NCBI GenBank assembly: GCA_002269645.1
Contig: NIVC01001257.1
Span: 248,001 to 312,000 of the forward strand
From: Macrostomum lignano
Taxonomy: Eukaryota
Length of the DNA stretch: 64,000 nucleotides
Direction of reading: 5' to 3'
Both the position numbers and the translations under genes were made by a program. Numbering within the stretch: the stretch's first letter is position 1; the number at the start of each line of letters is the position of its first letter. A model generated the notes under the pieces. That model saw nothing but the letters and a program-made list of their open reading frames with translations. It made no database searches and was not told the DNA's origin. Shown here one piece after another: positions 1 through 22,646 of the stretch.

Positions 1-39
1 TTTTATTTCCATGTTTGCTATGATCCATTACTACTAGAG

Positions 40-505
40 AGGTGAGATTTCAGAGGGATGAGATGTCAGAGAGCTGAGATTTTAATGGGCTGAGATATCA
101 GTACGGTAGGATGTCAGAAGTGTGAGATGTCAGTAGGGTGAGATGTCAGTAGGGTGAGATGTCAGTAGGGTGAGATGTCAGTAGGGTGAGATGTCAGTAG
201 GGTGAGATGTCAGTAGGGTGAGATGTCAGTAGGGTGAGATGTCAGTATGGTGAGATGTCAGTAGGGTGAGATGTCAGTAGGGTGAGATGTCAGTAGGGTG
301 AGATGTCAGTAGGGTGAGATGTCAGTAGGGTGAGATGTCAGTAGGGTGAGATGTCAGTAGGGTGAGATTTCAGAGGGGTGAGATGTCAGTACGGTGATAT
401 TTTAAAAGTGTAAGATTCCAGTAAGGTGAGATGTCAGTAGGGTGAGACGTCAGTAGGGTGAGATGTCAGTAAGGTGAGATGTCAGTAGGGCGAGATGTCA
501 GTATG
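40..505. repeat. 16-bp minisatellite (TGAGATGTCAGTAGGG)n
   Basis: More than 20 near-identical tandem units from ~121, with degenerate units on either side. Confidence 0.95.
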
Positions 506-1722
506 AGTAGGTTAAGATTATTTGCTAAACTGTTTTTATAGTCATAGTATTTTCTGTTTTCTAAAAACTATTTTTTTCAATTGCTGCATGAGAAGTTAGC
601 AGTGATCCTGCGTTGTTTGTCAATACTACTAGGTTTGAGATAATAATATACTATACTACTGCTGATAGTAGTACAGAGAGAATTCTATTCAGATAAAGTT
701 GAAGTAGTGACCAGCTTCACTAACAAGCCTGTCTGGTACAGCAGTTGGCGCAGCGACGGCGCAATTTTCGGGAAACTGATGGGAGTCCCTGGCCACAATA
801 ATCTGCTACAAAGCTTCGATCTTCTTATCGCTTTGCTGTCTCAGCTGGGGAGAAGGCAAAGAATTAAGAATGAGCAATGGCCCGCCCCCCGGGGCGAAGC
901 GCAATTATAGAGAAATGGATGAATTGCTGCCATCGGCATCTACTCAGCACTGCAGTTTGCCATTGTGCCGTACGAGACCGGGGGGGGGGGGGGTGCGAGG
1001 CCAGATTTCGCCAAGCACTAATCGATGGAGGCATGATTTACAGCCTTGGCTGTTTGTGCGCTCCTGTCTTTCGGATTCAGGCTTTGTGGGGGGGGGGGGC
1101 TACACGAGAATAATTGAGCTCTTTGGTTCGCTGGTTTGAGTCCTTGGAAATTTCCTACATTCGTGCCATTTACATTTTTGCGAGAACAATGGTGGGGTAA
1201 CTTAGGCTGTGGTTTCATGCGGATTAAAAGTTAGACATTCTAACAGGTGCGATTTACATGTATAGACATCGGATTTACATTCGAGCAAGTGCTATTTTTA
1301 CATTTGACTGGCGGATGAGTTCGAATAGCACATGACAGGCATCAATTTTCATTGTTCTGGAGAAAAATTGCTTTTTTGATTTCAGCTTAGAATTTCGACG
1401 GAGAGAAATTATGACACTTCCAAATATGGAAACTGCAGTCCAGGAGGCTGCTTCATGCTCCGGCACTTGTTGATTACAACAGCTGGTAGAGTGCCCGGGT
1501 TTTAATTAAATCGATTCAAGCAAATCAAAAGGTGCAGTACCGACAGAAGCAATCAGCTTAATGGATTTCCGTACACAGCTACTGCACGCAGCCGACTATC
1601 ACTGAAAATGGCATTTCAACTTAAAATCTTAAAACCGAGAACAATGAGCGTTGTAAATTAAAATGCTTTTTCATTGCATTAAAATGGCCTTTCAGTTTTC
1701 GGCCGCAAAGTTTCATGACAAA

Positions 1723-2440
1723 GAATGGATTACTAATCTGGCCAGCATCACTGATGAGGGAGTAAAATGGATTGCTAATCTAGCCAGAATCACTGATGAA
1801 GGAATAGAATGGATTGCTAATGTAGCCAGCATCACTGATGAAGGAATAGAATGGATTGCTAATGTAGCCAGCATCACTGATGAAGGAATAGAATGGATTG
1901 CTAATGTAGCCAGCATCACTGATGAAGGAATAGAATGGATTGCTAATCTAGCCAGCATCACTGATGAAGGAATAGAATGGATTGCTAATCTAGCCAACAT
2001 CACTGATGAAGGAATAGAATGGATTGCTAATCTAGCCAACATCACTGATGAAGGAATAGAATGGATTGCTAATCTAGCCAACATCACTGATGAAGGAATA
2101 GAATGGATTGCTAATCTAGCCAGCATAACTGATGAAGGAATAGAATGGATTGCTAATCTAGCCAGCATAACTGATGAAGGAATAGAATGGATTGCTAATC
2201 TAGCCAACATAACTGATGAAGGAATAGAATGGATTGCTAATCTAGCCAACATCACTGATGAAGGAATAAAATGGATTGCTAATCTAGCCAGCATCACTGA
2301 TGAAGGAATAGAATGGATTGCTAATCAAGCCAACATCACAGATGAAGGAATAGAATGGATTGCTAATCTAGCCAGCATCACAGATGAAGGAATAGAATGG
2401 ATTGCTAATCTAGCCTATATCACTGATGAAGGAATAGAAT
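1723..2440 (+). repeat. 42-bp minisatellite (GAATGGATTGCTAATCTAGCCAGCATCACTGATGAAGGAATA)n, array 1
   Basis: About 17 tandem units; explains ORFs 1663..2442 and 1713..2297. The same family recurs at 11581, 14167 and 22283 on the opposite strand. Confidence 0.95.
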
Positions 2441-2789
2441 AGAATATAATAGCCAAGATAATTAAGAAACAAATAATTTATTTAAAAACTGTACATGACA
2501 GTCGTTCGCCATTGGCAAAAATGTTTTGAACTTTTGCGGCCATGAATCAATGCAACAGTATGACTTCAGAGTCCGTATTGAAAAGCTATGAGATGCAGCT
2601 TGGATGCTGCAGTGCGTGACCGATACAAAAACACGGAGCCAGGCACTGGTGAAAACTGGAATTTCCATTACAAGCCATTGGATGCGTTCCATCATTTTTT
2701 CTGAGATTGAGAAATTGCCCAGCTAGGGACAAACAGCACTTTCTTTTGGATTGCAGTTGTGTCAGTAGGATCAGAAATTGTGTCAGTAG

Positions 2790-3011
2790 TTTAACAGAGT
2801 CAACTACTGCAATATTTGGCGGACGATAACAAAATACACGAGGGCTCAAAAGCCGAAATCAGTCGATATATATATTTTAATATTAGGCATGCACAAAGTA
2901 CGTGCGTACATTACAATCGATAAATTAAAATGCAACTTGAGCGTGCCCCAACCCCCCAGCGCAGGCCAACCCCAAAACCGATATTGTTACTCACAATATC
3001 AAGTCATCACA
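2790..3011 (-). repeat. 3' LTR of Gypsy element 1 (222 bp)
   Basis: Starts TG after the PPT-like tract and ends at the TSD; shares 109 bp with 5973-6081. Confidence 0.8.
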
Positions 3012-3170
3012 TCCCTTCGCACTTAAGTATGAAAGTGAGATTAACAAAAATTAACATTATTAATAATAATAATATTAAATATTGAAGCGAGCAACACAAC
3101 AAGGGTACTAAAATGGAGTTCATCAACAACAGTTACTTCAGCTGTAAGTCAGTCGCTCAGGTGCAGCGCA

Positions 3171-3476
3171 CAGGGGCGTAGCCAGAGGGGGGGCAAGGGG
3201 GGCCGTGGCCCCCCCCAATCACCAACTCTGGCCTTGGCGCCCCCCCCTCCCTAAAAGAAACTGGCGCCCCCCCTATAGGCGCCCCCCCCTAAAAAAAACT
3301 GGCGCCCCCCTATAAGAAGCTGGCGCCCCCTATAAGAAGCTGGCGCCCCCCTATAAGAAGCTGGCGCCCCCCTATAAGAAGCTGGCGCCCCCCTATAAGA
3401 AGCTGGCGCCCCCTATAAGAAGCTGGCGCCCCCTAACTCACGGCCCCCCCAATCAAAATTCCTGGCTACGCCCCTG
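3171..3476. mobile_element. hAT-type MITE (306 bp) nested in the integrase 3' end
   Basis: Perfect 15-bp TIRs CAGGGGCGTAGCCAG (3171-3185) and CTGGCTACGCCCCTG (3462-3476); 8-bp TSD GCAGCGCA (3163-3170, 3477-3484); internal ~21-bp repeats CTATAAGAAGCTGGCGCCCCC. Confidence 0.9.
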
Positions 3477-5944
3477 GCAGCGCACTTCCTCATCCAACGG
3501 CAAAGCTGCGGCATGGCGTCGGGCTCCGCCGCAGCCTCAGCAGCAGCGCCGTCAGCAAAAACTTCGGGTGCGTCCTTCAGCACCGCATCGCACTGCGGCA
3601 CCGCTGCCGCTGGTACCGCCGGCTTGGTCGGAAGCTGACTGACCGCGGCCGGCTTGCGCACCTGGTTCACGTGCCTGTGTGCGTCTCTGCCGTCATCGAA
3701 CCGGCACGTGAAGTCGGCCGCACCAGAACTGTCCGTGACTGTCGCCGGTCTCCAGCGTCCGTCACTCGTGAAGTCTCGCGCCAGCACCGAGTCGCCGACA
3801 TTAATGCGGCGGTCGTGCGCGTGGGCGTCGTGCTGCTCCTTCTGCAGTGCCTGCTGTACGGCCACCCGGGCGGGCAGGTCAGGGCGGACTCGGTCGAGCA
3901 ACGATTTCAGCCTCCGCCCCATCAGCAACTCGCAAGGAGCCCTCCCGGTAGTCGCATGCGGCGTGATTTGGTACATCAGGAGGAAACGGGAGACTCGCTC
4001 CTCCAGAGAGCTGCTTCGCTGCTTGGCCAGCGCACGCTTCAGAGTCTGAACTGCTCGCTCTGCTTGGCCGTTGGACGCCGGGTGGTACGGAGCCGTGCGC
4101 ACGTGCCGGATGCCGTTCTTGCTCAGGAATGTCTCCATCTCCGCGCTGACCAGGTTCGGACCGTTGTCGGAGACGATCACGTCTGGCAGACCGTGAGTTG
4201 CAAAGCTCGACCGCAGCTTCTCGATAGTCGCAGTTGACGTCGTCGAAGGCATCACATGCACGTCCATCCACTTGGAGTGGGCGTCCACGACAACGAGCAA
4301 CATCCGGCCCTGGACTGGCCCGGCGTAGTCAATGTGCAGGCGCGACCACGGCTTGTCCGGCCACGCCCACGGCTGCAGTGGAAACGGACCTGGCGACTTC
4401 TGCATCTCCTGGCATTCGGTGCAGAGTTCTTGCGAAGCCTCGTCCAGAGGCAGCTGCGAGTACGCTTGTGACAAGTCAAGCTTGGTAAACTTCTTTCCGC
4501 CAGCCAGTTTCGCGAAGAGCTCCTCGATCCTCGGCACCGGGTACGTGTCAGGCTCGACGTCGAGGTTCACCGTTTGTTTAAAATCAGCACATATGCGGAC
4601 CGAGCCGTCTGTCTTTAAAACGGGTACGATCGGAGACGCGTAGTCCGAGCTGCTCACCGGCTTCAGCACTCCCTGTTCGATCTCTTTTTTGAGTTGCGCC
4701 TCGACCTTCTCCTTTAGCGCAAGCGGGACGTTTCTGGCATTAAAGAACCTCGGCCGCGCTGAGGCTTTCAGCTGCAGCCGAACCGCGGGCCCCGTGTATC
4801 GACCGAGGCCAGGTTCGAAGACTTCGGCGTACTTGTCCAGCAGGCTCTTGAGTCCAGGTTGCCCTGACGGATGCTGTTGCACCTGCTTGATGTCTCGCCA
4901 GTCCAGCGGAAGTTCGGCCAGCCAGTCGCGGCCAACCAGATTCGAGCCGGCACCGTCGATCACGAGCAGCGGCAGCACCTTGCTGGCAACCTCGGTCTGC
5001 GCGCGAACTCGAAGTTGGCCGAGTACAGGCACCAGCTCTCCGGAGTACGTCCGCAGCTGCGTGTTGACTCGCTCGAGTCTGGGTCGCCCTCGCAGTACTT
5101 CGTTGTAGGTCTTCGCAGAGATGAGCGACACAGACGCCCCAGTATCGACCTCCATGCAGACTGGCGTGCCGTCGATGTCGATGGTTGTCTTGATCGGCGG
5201 AATCTTGCCGCCTACGGCAGCAGCCATCACGTGCAGCGAGAAAGCCTCCTCATCTGCCTCCTCCGCCTGCAGCTCTTGGACGGTCGAGTCGACGCGACGA
5301 TTCGAAGCTCGCTGAGGCCCAGCCGATCTCTCGTCCCGCTGAGCAGGCGGCGCTGCCTTGCACGCAGCAGCAATGTGTCCGGTTTTCGAGCATGCGTAGC
5401 ACCTACTATTGATGAACGGGCACTTTGCAGCCAGGTGGCGCTGGGACAGGCATCGATAGCAACGCTTCGCTGGCGGCCCGCTGGCCGCCTCCCGCCGGGC
5501 AGAATGGTGAAGAGCGTGCACCGTGACAAAGCCGGCGCCTTTAGCCACCAGCAGGTTGCCTTCAGCGGCCGACTCGTGCGCCTGCGCCAGCAACAGCGCC
5601 GTGTCCAGTGAGAGCTCCTTCTCTGTGAAGAGCCTTCGCTGAATGGAATCATCACTGATCCCCAGGACCAGCCGGTCCCTGAGCATGCTGCTGAGGCCAA
5701 CGCCAAAATTGCAGTCCCGAGCTAGCTTACGCAGCTCAGCCAGGAACTCTGCCACTGACTCGCCTGCCTGACGGCTTCTACTGTAAAACCTGAATCGCCG
5801 TACAATCTCTGGTGGGGTTGGATCAAAATGCTCCTTCAGCTTAGCACAGATGGCGTCGTAGGTCGTGTCCTTCGGCAGTGCCGGTGACAGCAGGTTTGAT
5901 ATCAGCTGGTAGGTACTGCTGCCAGGTCTTAGTGCCCTCTTCAA
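3413..5944 (-). pseudogene. Gypsy gag-pol with 5'-truncated gag and an in-frame deletion of most of RT/RNase H
   Basis: Two CCHC knuckles (CYRCLSQRHLAAKC, CYACSKTGHIAAAC), protease VDTGAS, RT N-terminus (KLDLSQAY) without YxDD, integrase core (HIDYAG, VSDNG, GQAER). The C-terminus is replaced by MITE sequence; the original stop was at 3138-3140. Confidence 0.9.
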
Positions 5945-5972
5945 AGGGTCTTATTGAGCCTATTAAACTTAT

Positions 5973-6081
5973 TGCGTACATTACAATCGATAAATTAAAA
6001 TGCAACTTGAGCGTGCCCCAACCCCCCAGCGCAGGCCAACCCCAAAACCGATATTGTTACTCACAATATCAAGTCATCACA
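5973..6081 (-). repeat. Truncated 5' LTR of Gypsy element 1 (109 bp)
   Basis: Identical to 2903-3011; the rest of the LTR, the PBS and the gag start are missing. Confidence 0.8.
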
Positions 6082-6455
6082 AGTAGGGTTAGAAATTGTG
6101 TCAGTAGGATTAGAAATTGTGTCAGTAGGATTAGAAATTGTGTCAGTAGGATTAGAAATTGTGTCAGTAGGATTAGAAATTGTGTCAGTAGGATCAGAAA
6201 TTGTGTGAGTAGGGTCATAGTGGTGTTATTAGAAATTGTCAGTAGGATTAGAAATTGTGTCAGTAGGATTAGAAATTGTGTCAGTAGGATTAGAAAATGT
6301 GTCAGTAGCATCAGAAATTGTGTGGGTAGGATTAGAAATTGTGTCAGTAGGATAAAAAATTGTGTCAGAAGGATTAGAAATTGTTTCAGTAGGATCAGAA
6401 ATTATGCCAGTATAACCAGAAAATGTGTCAGTAGGATCAGAAATTGTGTCAGTAT
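6082..6455. repeat. 21-bp minisatellite (AGTAGGATTAGAAATTGTGTC)n
   Basis: Tandem units; a further ~1.5 units at 2757-2789 lie on the other side of the Gypsy insertion. Confidence 0.95.
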
Positions 6456-6797
6456 AGCGGCAACCATGGGTTACAGGGCAACAAAATGCCCGCCTAAAGT
6501 CTAGAGCACGAAAGTACACATCGCCATGTGCCCCAATTCACGGACCAACCAATGGCAAACGCCAGAAAATTCAATTGGCTCCCGGAAGAAGCACCAGTTG
6601 CCTGTCCGGTCTTCTTTCTCGCTAATAACCGCTGTAATGCATTACAAATGTTTGAGTTCTCAAATATCCTGCAGAATCTTCTTCTTCTGGTTTATAAAGT
6701 TGAGGACATCTCTTTGGCCTGCGATCAGCGAGTGAATGTAAGTTTGAAACAGTTTCTTTTATTTTCCTGCTCTGTCTGAAATTTTGCAAAATGAAAC

Positions 6798-7578
6798 AAT
6801 AGAATGGATTGCTAATCTAGTCAAAGTCAGGAATAGAATGGATTGCTAATCTAGTCAAAGTCAGGAATAGAATGGATTGCTAATCTAGTCAAAGTCAGGA
6901 ATAGAATGGATTGCTAATCTAGTCAAAGTCAGGAATAATGGATTGCTAATCTAGTCAAAGTCAGGAATAGAATGGATTGCTAATCTAGTCAAAGTCAGGA
7001 ATAGAATGGATTGCTAATCTAGTCAAAAATCAGGAATAGAATGGATTGCTAATCTAGTCAAAGTCAGGAATAGAATGGATTGCTAATCTAGTCAAAGTCA
7101 GGAATAGAATGGATTGCTAATCTAGTCAAAGTCAGGAATAGAATGGATTGCTAATCTAGTCAAAGTCAGGAATAATGGATTGCTAATCTAGTCAAAGTCA
7201 GGAATAGAATGGATTGCTAATCTAGTCAAAGTCAGGAATAATGGATTGCTAACCTAGTCAAAGTCAGGAATAGAATGGATTGCTAGTCTAGTCTAAGTCA
7301 GGAATAGAATGGATTGCTAGTCTAGTCAAAGTCAGGAATAGAATGGATTGCTAATCTAGTCAAAGTCAGGAATAGAATGGATTGCTAGTCTAGTCAAAGT
7401 CAGGAATAGAATGGATTGCTAATCTAGTCAAAGTCAGGAATAGAATGGATTGCTAGTCTAGTCAAAGTCAGGAATAGAATGGATTGCTAGTCTAGTCAAA
7501 GTCAGGAATAGAATGGATCGCTAGTCTAGTCAAAGTCAGGAATAGAATGGATTGCTAGTCTAGCCAACGTCAGGAATG
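6798..7578 (+). repeat. 34-bp minisatellite (AATAGAATGGATTGCTAATCTAGTCAAAGTCAGG)n
   Basis: About 22 units; shares the core GAATAGAATGGATTGCTAATCTAG with the 42-bp family. Confidence 0.95.
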
Positions 7579-7947
7579 AAGTGTATCAAGCCCGCAAAGA
7601 AGAGAACAGTTGAAGAGCATTTCAAGAAATCTGCAGACACCAAAGCATGTCGCTCTTGAGATTTCTCCGAAGCCGGCCCCAATGGTTAATCATTTACAGC
7701 GAAATTTTCAGATTTTGATTTCAAAAAGAAAAGTGAAATTGAGTCTGACGCGTGACAGGAAAGCCGATTAAGACATGGGGAGCTTCATCCCAGTGGCTTA
7801 GGAGGGATTCGCTGTCTGAACTGATTGAAATTCTACTGCAGTTTCAAGTTTCTTCAGGTGCAACGCGGCAAGGAATAGCATTGAGGCTGAGAATCGAGTA
7901 GCTGTCGGATTTCTGTCAAGACCAATCTGTTAAATTGTAGCAGTCCC

Positions 7948-8925
<978 letters not shown>

Positions 8926-8927
8926 GC

Positions 8928-9150
8928 ATGACCAATATGACACTCGAATGACCAATATGACACTCGAATGACCAATATGACACTCGAATGACCAATATGA
9001 CACTCGAATGACCAATATGATAATCGAATGACCAATATGACACTCGCATGACCAATATGACACTCGAATGACCAATATGACACTCGCATGACCAATATGA
9101 TACTTTCACGACCAATATGAGACTACCATGACCGATATGACATGCTCATG
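8928..9150. repeat. 20-bp minisatellite (ATGACCAATATGACACTCGA)n
   Basis: About 10 units, degenerating towards 9150. Confidence 0.9.
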
Positions 9151-9208
9151 ACATGACTCATGGCGTCATCAATCTCTCCTATCTTTGCAGAACCCGGTAA
9201 CCAGCAGC

Positions 9209-18301
<9,093 letters not shown>

Positions 18302-18704
18302 GCCTCTCAAATCGTCTCTGCTTATGGCGATTGAAGATTAAGGAAGTGTGAGATGCAATGGCTATAGGCTTCAGAACTGCTACTAGGATGCATACAGATG
18401 CTTAACTGTCACATCCACTGTCTATTGTAACAGTAGAAGTACAGCGTAGAACGTGTGATAGTAATTGTGATTATATCTATAGAGAATTAGTTTTTTAATA
18501 TTTTTAATTTATTAAATTCTCACATGCACGCAAACACTTTGCATAAGCGCGTCTTTAGTTAGTGTTCAGTGCCCTCTCACAAAGAATATTTACTACGAGC
18601 GTAGATTAACAAATTGACAAATCAGCATTATTATAGGAAAGCACATTCCCTCCAAATCCACATTTAAAATCCATATACTAATGTTAACACTAAATCGGGA
18701 GCTG

Positions 18705-19790
18705 GCGGGATATAAAACGGAGTCAATCGATAAACCCCCTCACTCCAATTCACACATCAGCAATAAAGTGGGCTAGAGGGATAGAAAACGGAGTGGGTGA
18801 GGTTGAATGGTCCGACCAGAAAGTCAATCGATAAACCCCCTCACTCCAATTCACACTTCAGCAATAAAGTGGGCTAGAGGGATAGAAAACGGAGTGTGTG
18901 GGGTTTAAGAGCCCGACCAGAAAGTCAATCGATTAACCCCTTAACTCCAATTCACACATCAGCAATAAAGTGGGCTAGCGGGATAGAAAACGGAGTGGGT
19001 GGGGTTAAAGAGCCCGACCAGAAAGTCAATCGATTAACCCCTTAACTCCAATTCACACTTCAGCAATAAAGTGGGCTAGAGGGATAGAAAACGGAGTGGG
19101 TGGGGTTAAAGAGCCCGACCAGAAAGTCAATCGATTAACCCCTTAACTCCAATTCACACATCAGCAATAAAGTGGGCTAGAGGGATAGAAAACGGAGTGG
19201 GTGAGGTTGAATGTTCCGACCAGAAAGTCAATCGATAAACCCCCTCACTCCAATTCACACTTCAGCAATAAATGGGCTAGAGGGATAGAAAACGGAGTGA
19301 GTGAGGTTGAATGGTCCGACCAGAAAGTCAATCGATTAACCCCCTCACTCCAATTCACACATCAGCAATAAAGTGGGCTAGAGGGATAGAAAACGGAGTG
19401 GGTGAGGTTGAATGTTCCGACCAGAAAGTCAATCGATAAACCCCCTCACTCCAATTCACACTTCAGCAATAAATGGGCTAGAGGGATAGAAAACGGAGTG
19501 GGTGAGGTTGAATGGTCCGACCAGAAAGTCAATCGATTAACCCCTCACTCCAATTCACACATCAGCAATAAAGTGGGCTAGAGGGATAGAAAACGGAGTG
19601 GGTGAGGTTGAATGTTCCGACCAGAAAGTCAATCGATAAACCCTCTCACTCCAATTCACACTTCAGCAATAAATGGGCTAGAGGGATAGAAAACGGAGTG
19701 GGTGGGGTTGAAGAGCCCGACCAGAAAGTCAATCGATTAACCCCCTCACTCCAATTCACACTTCAGCAATGTGATAGCGGGATAGAAAAT
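18705..19790. repeat. 101-bp satellite, ~10 units
   Basis: Unit contains CACTCCAATTCACACATCAGCAATAAAGTGGGCTAGAGGGATAGAAAACGGAGTG; period 100-101 bp. Confidence 0.93.
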
Positions 19791-20704
19791 GAGGCGTTAG
19801 GTCAACTAAATCAACTGGTACACATACATGTACGAGTATCCCAACCCCTCCGAGTAAAACAGCGATAAATGGGGTAAAGAAAGCTAATATGTTCAGTCAG
19901 CTTTCATTTTTCCTCCAATTTTTGCAACTCTAGCATACCCGTAAAAATACGCATGTAAAGTATACAATAGCGGTTTAGTTAAATGGCTTTGCTAAGATCG
20001 TTGTATACAAGTCAATCAGACTTTGTACGTACGTGTACGTTCTTCGACCCAGCACAGCTGTAACATGACGTTGCAATGAAAAAGATGAACTGTTCGTCTT
20101 TTGGAATAACTTTGTTTACTCGAACCACGCAATATTCAATGTTTGTGTTAAAATTTCAATACGATTTCACTATTTGCTGTTTCTACTATTTTTCAAGGCA
20201 CTAATACACATTTCCTCTGCGCTTTACGCACATCGGCAGACAAGTAAATGTAATCAAGTATAGTTAAATGTCTCGTATTTTATTGACTTCAGCCAAAGCT
20301 TGCACGTGGCTTGGTCCTGTGAATGTTTTTTGAGTTGACTGAGCTTTTCGAGCAAAATGAAATGCGAATAAACCTCTCCAAGAGACAGAAATGCCGGCCC
20401 AGCAGCTTGTTGCGCCTTCAGCTTCGCTTCATAACTAACTTGGCGTGAGTCTCCGGTTCCCTGCACCTCTCTATTTTCTATCAGTGTTTGCTTTGACTAA
20501 GAAAATACAATGCGACAGAAATACTAAAAAATGTGTTGTCCTTGCTTGCTTGCTGTATGTGTCGTCTTTTCTTATTTGTCTTGACTTAACCCCACACAAA
20601 TTATGCCCCAGCTCTATGAAAGACACGTTCCGAGCAAATACAGCCGGAGTCGCGTGAAAGCCTCAAAACATGGGGATTTTTGGCGCAGATGAGGTCAACG
20701 AAAA

Positions 20705-21452
20705 GTGCATGTCTCTGGACGGCCTCTGAGGCTGTGGCACACGTGCTAATGTGCATGTCTCTGGATGGATGGCCTGAGGCTGTGGCACACATGCTAATGT
20801 GCATGTCTCTGGATGGCCTCTGAGGCTGTGGTACACGTGCTAATGTGCATTCTCTGGACGGTATCTGAGGCTGTGGCACACATGCTAATGTGCATGTCTC
20901 TGGATGGACGGCCTCTGAGGCTGTGGCACACATGCTAATGTGCATGTCTCAGGATGGATGGCCTCTGAGGCTGTGGCACACATGCTAATGTGCATGTCTC
21001 AGGATGGATGGCCTCTGAGGCTGTGGTACACGTGCTAATGTGCATTCTCTGGACGGTATCTGAGGCTGTGGCACACATGCTAATGTGCATGTCTCTGGAT
21101 GGACGGCCTCTGAGGCTGTGGCACACATGCTAATGTGCATGTCTCAGGATGGATGGCCTCTGAGGCTGTGGCACACATGCTAATGTGCATGTCTCTGGAT
21201 GGATGGCCTCTGAGGGCTGTGGCACACATGCTAATGTGCATGTCTCAGGATGGATGGCCTCTGAGGCTGTGGTACACATGCTAATGTGCATGTCTCAGGA
21301 TGGATGGCCTCTGAGGCTGTGGTACACATGCTAATGTGCATGTCTCAGGATGGATGGCCTCTGAGGCTGTGGTACACGTGCTAATGTGCATTCTCTGGAC
21401 GGTATCTGAGGCTGTGGCACACATGCTAATGTGCATGTCTCTGGATGGACGG
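20705..21452. repeat. 46/50-bp minisatellite (CTCTGAGGCTGTGGCACACATGCTAATGTGCATGTCTCTGGATGGATGGC)n
   Basis: Tandem units; ends at the duplication junction. Confidence 0.95.
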
Positions 21453-22282
21453 CCAGATGCTCCGATCAGAGCTCCATGGCTCTGCCTCTCTTTCCCTTTC
21501 CCCTTCAAGCCTCATCCCGCTCTCGCACACCCTCAAGCGCTCATTGAAGTCCCCCTGCAGGCACCTGTTGCCAGGTAATATGGTGCTCAGCCCAATATAT
21601 ATTTATATTTTCAGCAGACCCCCTTGTTTGCTTTAACCGAGCGACTGGCCAACACAGGAGCAATTGCCTCAGTTTTATCCCAAGTATCCAGCTTTCCTTC
21701 ATCTCTGAAAGCTGAAACCATTGGTATCCTTGCAGTGCAGTCTTGCGGTAGTCGAGGCCCCATGAATCTTTTGAAGGCCTGCCTTTCTAAGCTTTCAACG
21801 GGACTTTTTGTCATTTTCCACGTGGTTTGAGGGAAGGATTCGGTGAAGTTTCAGCAACAGTAATCATTTATTGCTTGCTGTAGGTCTGCAAGTCCGGTAG
21901 TCATCAATAATGAAATTGGGATTTTATCCCGAATAGAAAGATAAGAGAGCCGAGGCTGACCCACACTGGCAGATGTACTCCTGTATACACACATATATAT
22001 CTATTAAGGAGGCTGCAGTCTGCTTTGCTAGCAGGTAACAGCGTTGGTTCCGCTTGCCCACCCATCAGCAATGTCGGTTGCTGGCGCAACCTCCTGTTGC
22101 AGCATTTGTCTATACAGTCAAAAATGGCAACAGATAACAGATTTTTCTGCTGAATAATTATGAGATTTAACGTTCCGATAAGCGATATGGCACAGGGGCA
22201 GCCACTTTACTCTGAAGTCGGTTTTTTGCAAAATGCATTGAGGAGAGATAGGAAGGCATTGAGGAAGTCGAGCGCTCTGTGT

Positions 22283-22646
22283 CATTCTATTCCTTCATCA
22301 GTGATGCTGGCTAGATTAGCAATCCATTCTATTCCTTCATGAGTGATGCTGGCTAGATTAGCAATCCATTCTAGTCCTTCATCAGTGATGCTAGCTAGAT
22401 TAGCAATCCATTCTATTTCTTCATCAGTGATGCTGGCTGGATTAGCAATCCATTCTATTCCTTCATCAGTGATGCTAGCTAGATTAGCAATCCATTCTAG
22501 TCCTTCATCAGTGATGCTAGCTAGATTAGCAATCCATTCTATTCCTTCATCAGTGATGCTGGCTAGATCAGCAATCCATTCTATTCCTTCATCAGTGATG
22601 CTGGCTAGATTAGCAATCCATTCTATTCCTTCATCAGTAATCCATT
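22283..22646 (-). repeat. 42-bp minisatellite family, array 4 (duplicate of array 3)
   Basis: Translation identical to array 3 in the ORF track. Confidence 0.93.

Larger units (their letters stand above)
2790..6081 (-). mobile_element. Ty3/Gypsy (Mag-like) LTR retrotransposon, internally deleted and non-autonomous
   Basis: 5-bp TSD AGTAG at 2785-2789 and 6082-6086. 109 bp identical between 2903-3011 and 5973-6081. Purine-rich PPT-like GAAGGGA precedes the 3' LTR start TGTGATG. gag-pol ORF on the minus strand. Confidence 0.9.

Noticed and set aside
676-910. Exon-like stretches between satellites (676-910, 1420-1600, 2560-2750, 6500-6740, 13440-14160, 14600-14900)
   Set aside because: Some splice-like signals, but I could not build a phase-consistent, stop-free model or recognise homology. 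A decayed or nested gene cannot be excluded without BLAST or RNA-seq.
1663-2442. Annotating the ITDEGIEWIANLAS ORFs as LRR protein genes
   Set aside because: A 14-aa unit is too short for an LRR, the antisense frame is equally open, and a 34-bp sibling breaks frame; kept only as a low-confidence finding.
3654-5706. Plus-strand and alternative-frame ORFs over Gypsy element 1, and similar shadow ORFs over both GPCRs, CK1, CFAP52 and pol
   Set aside because: Shadow frames of GC-rich coding sequence with no recognisable motifs.
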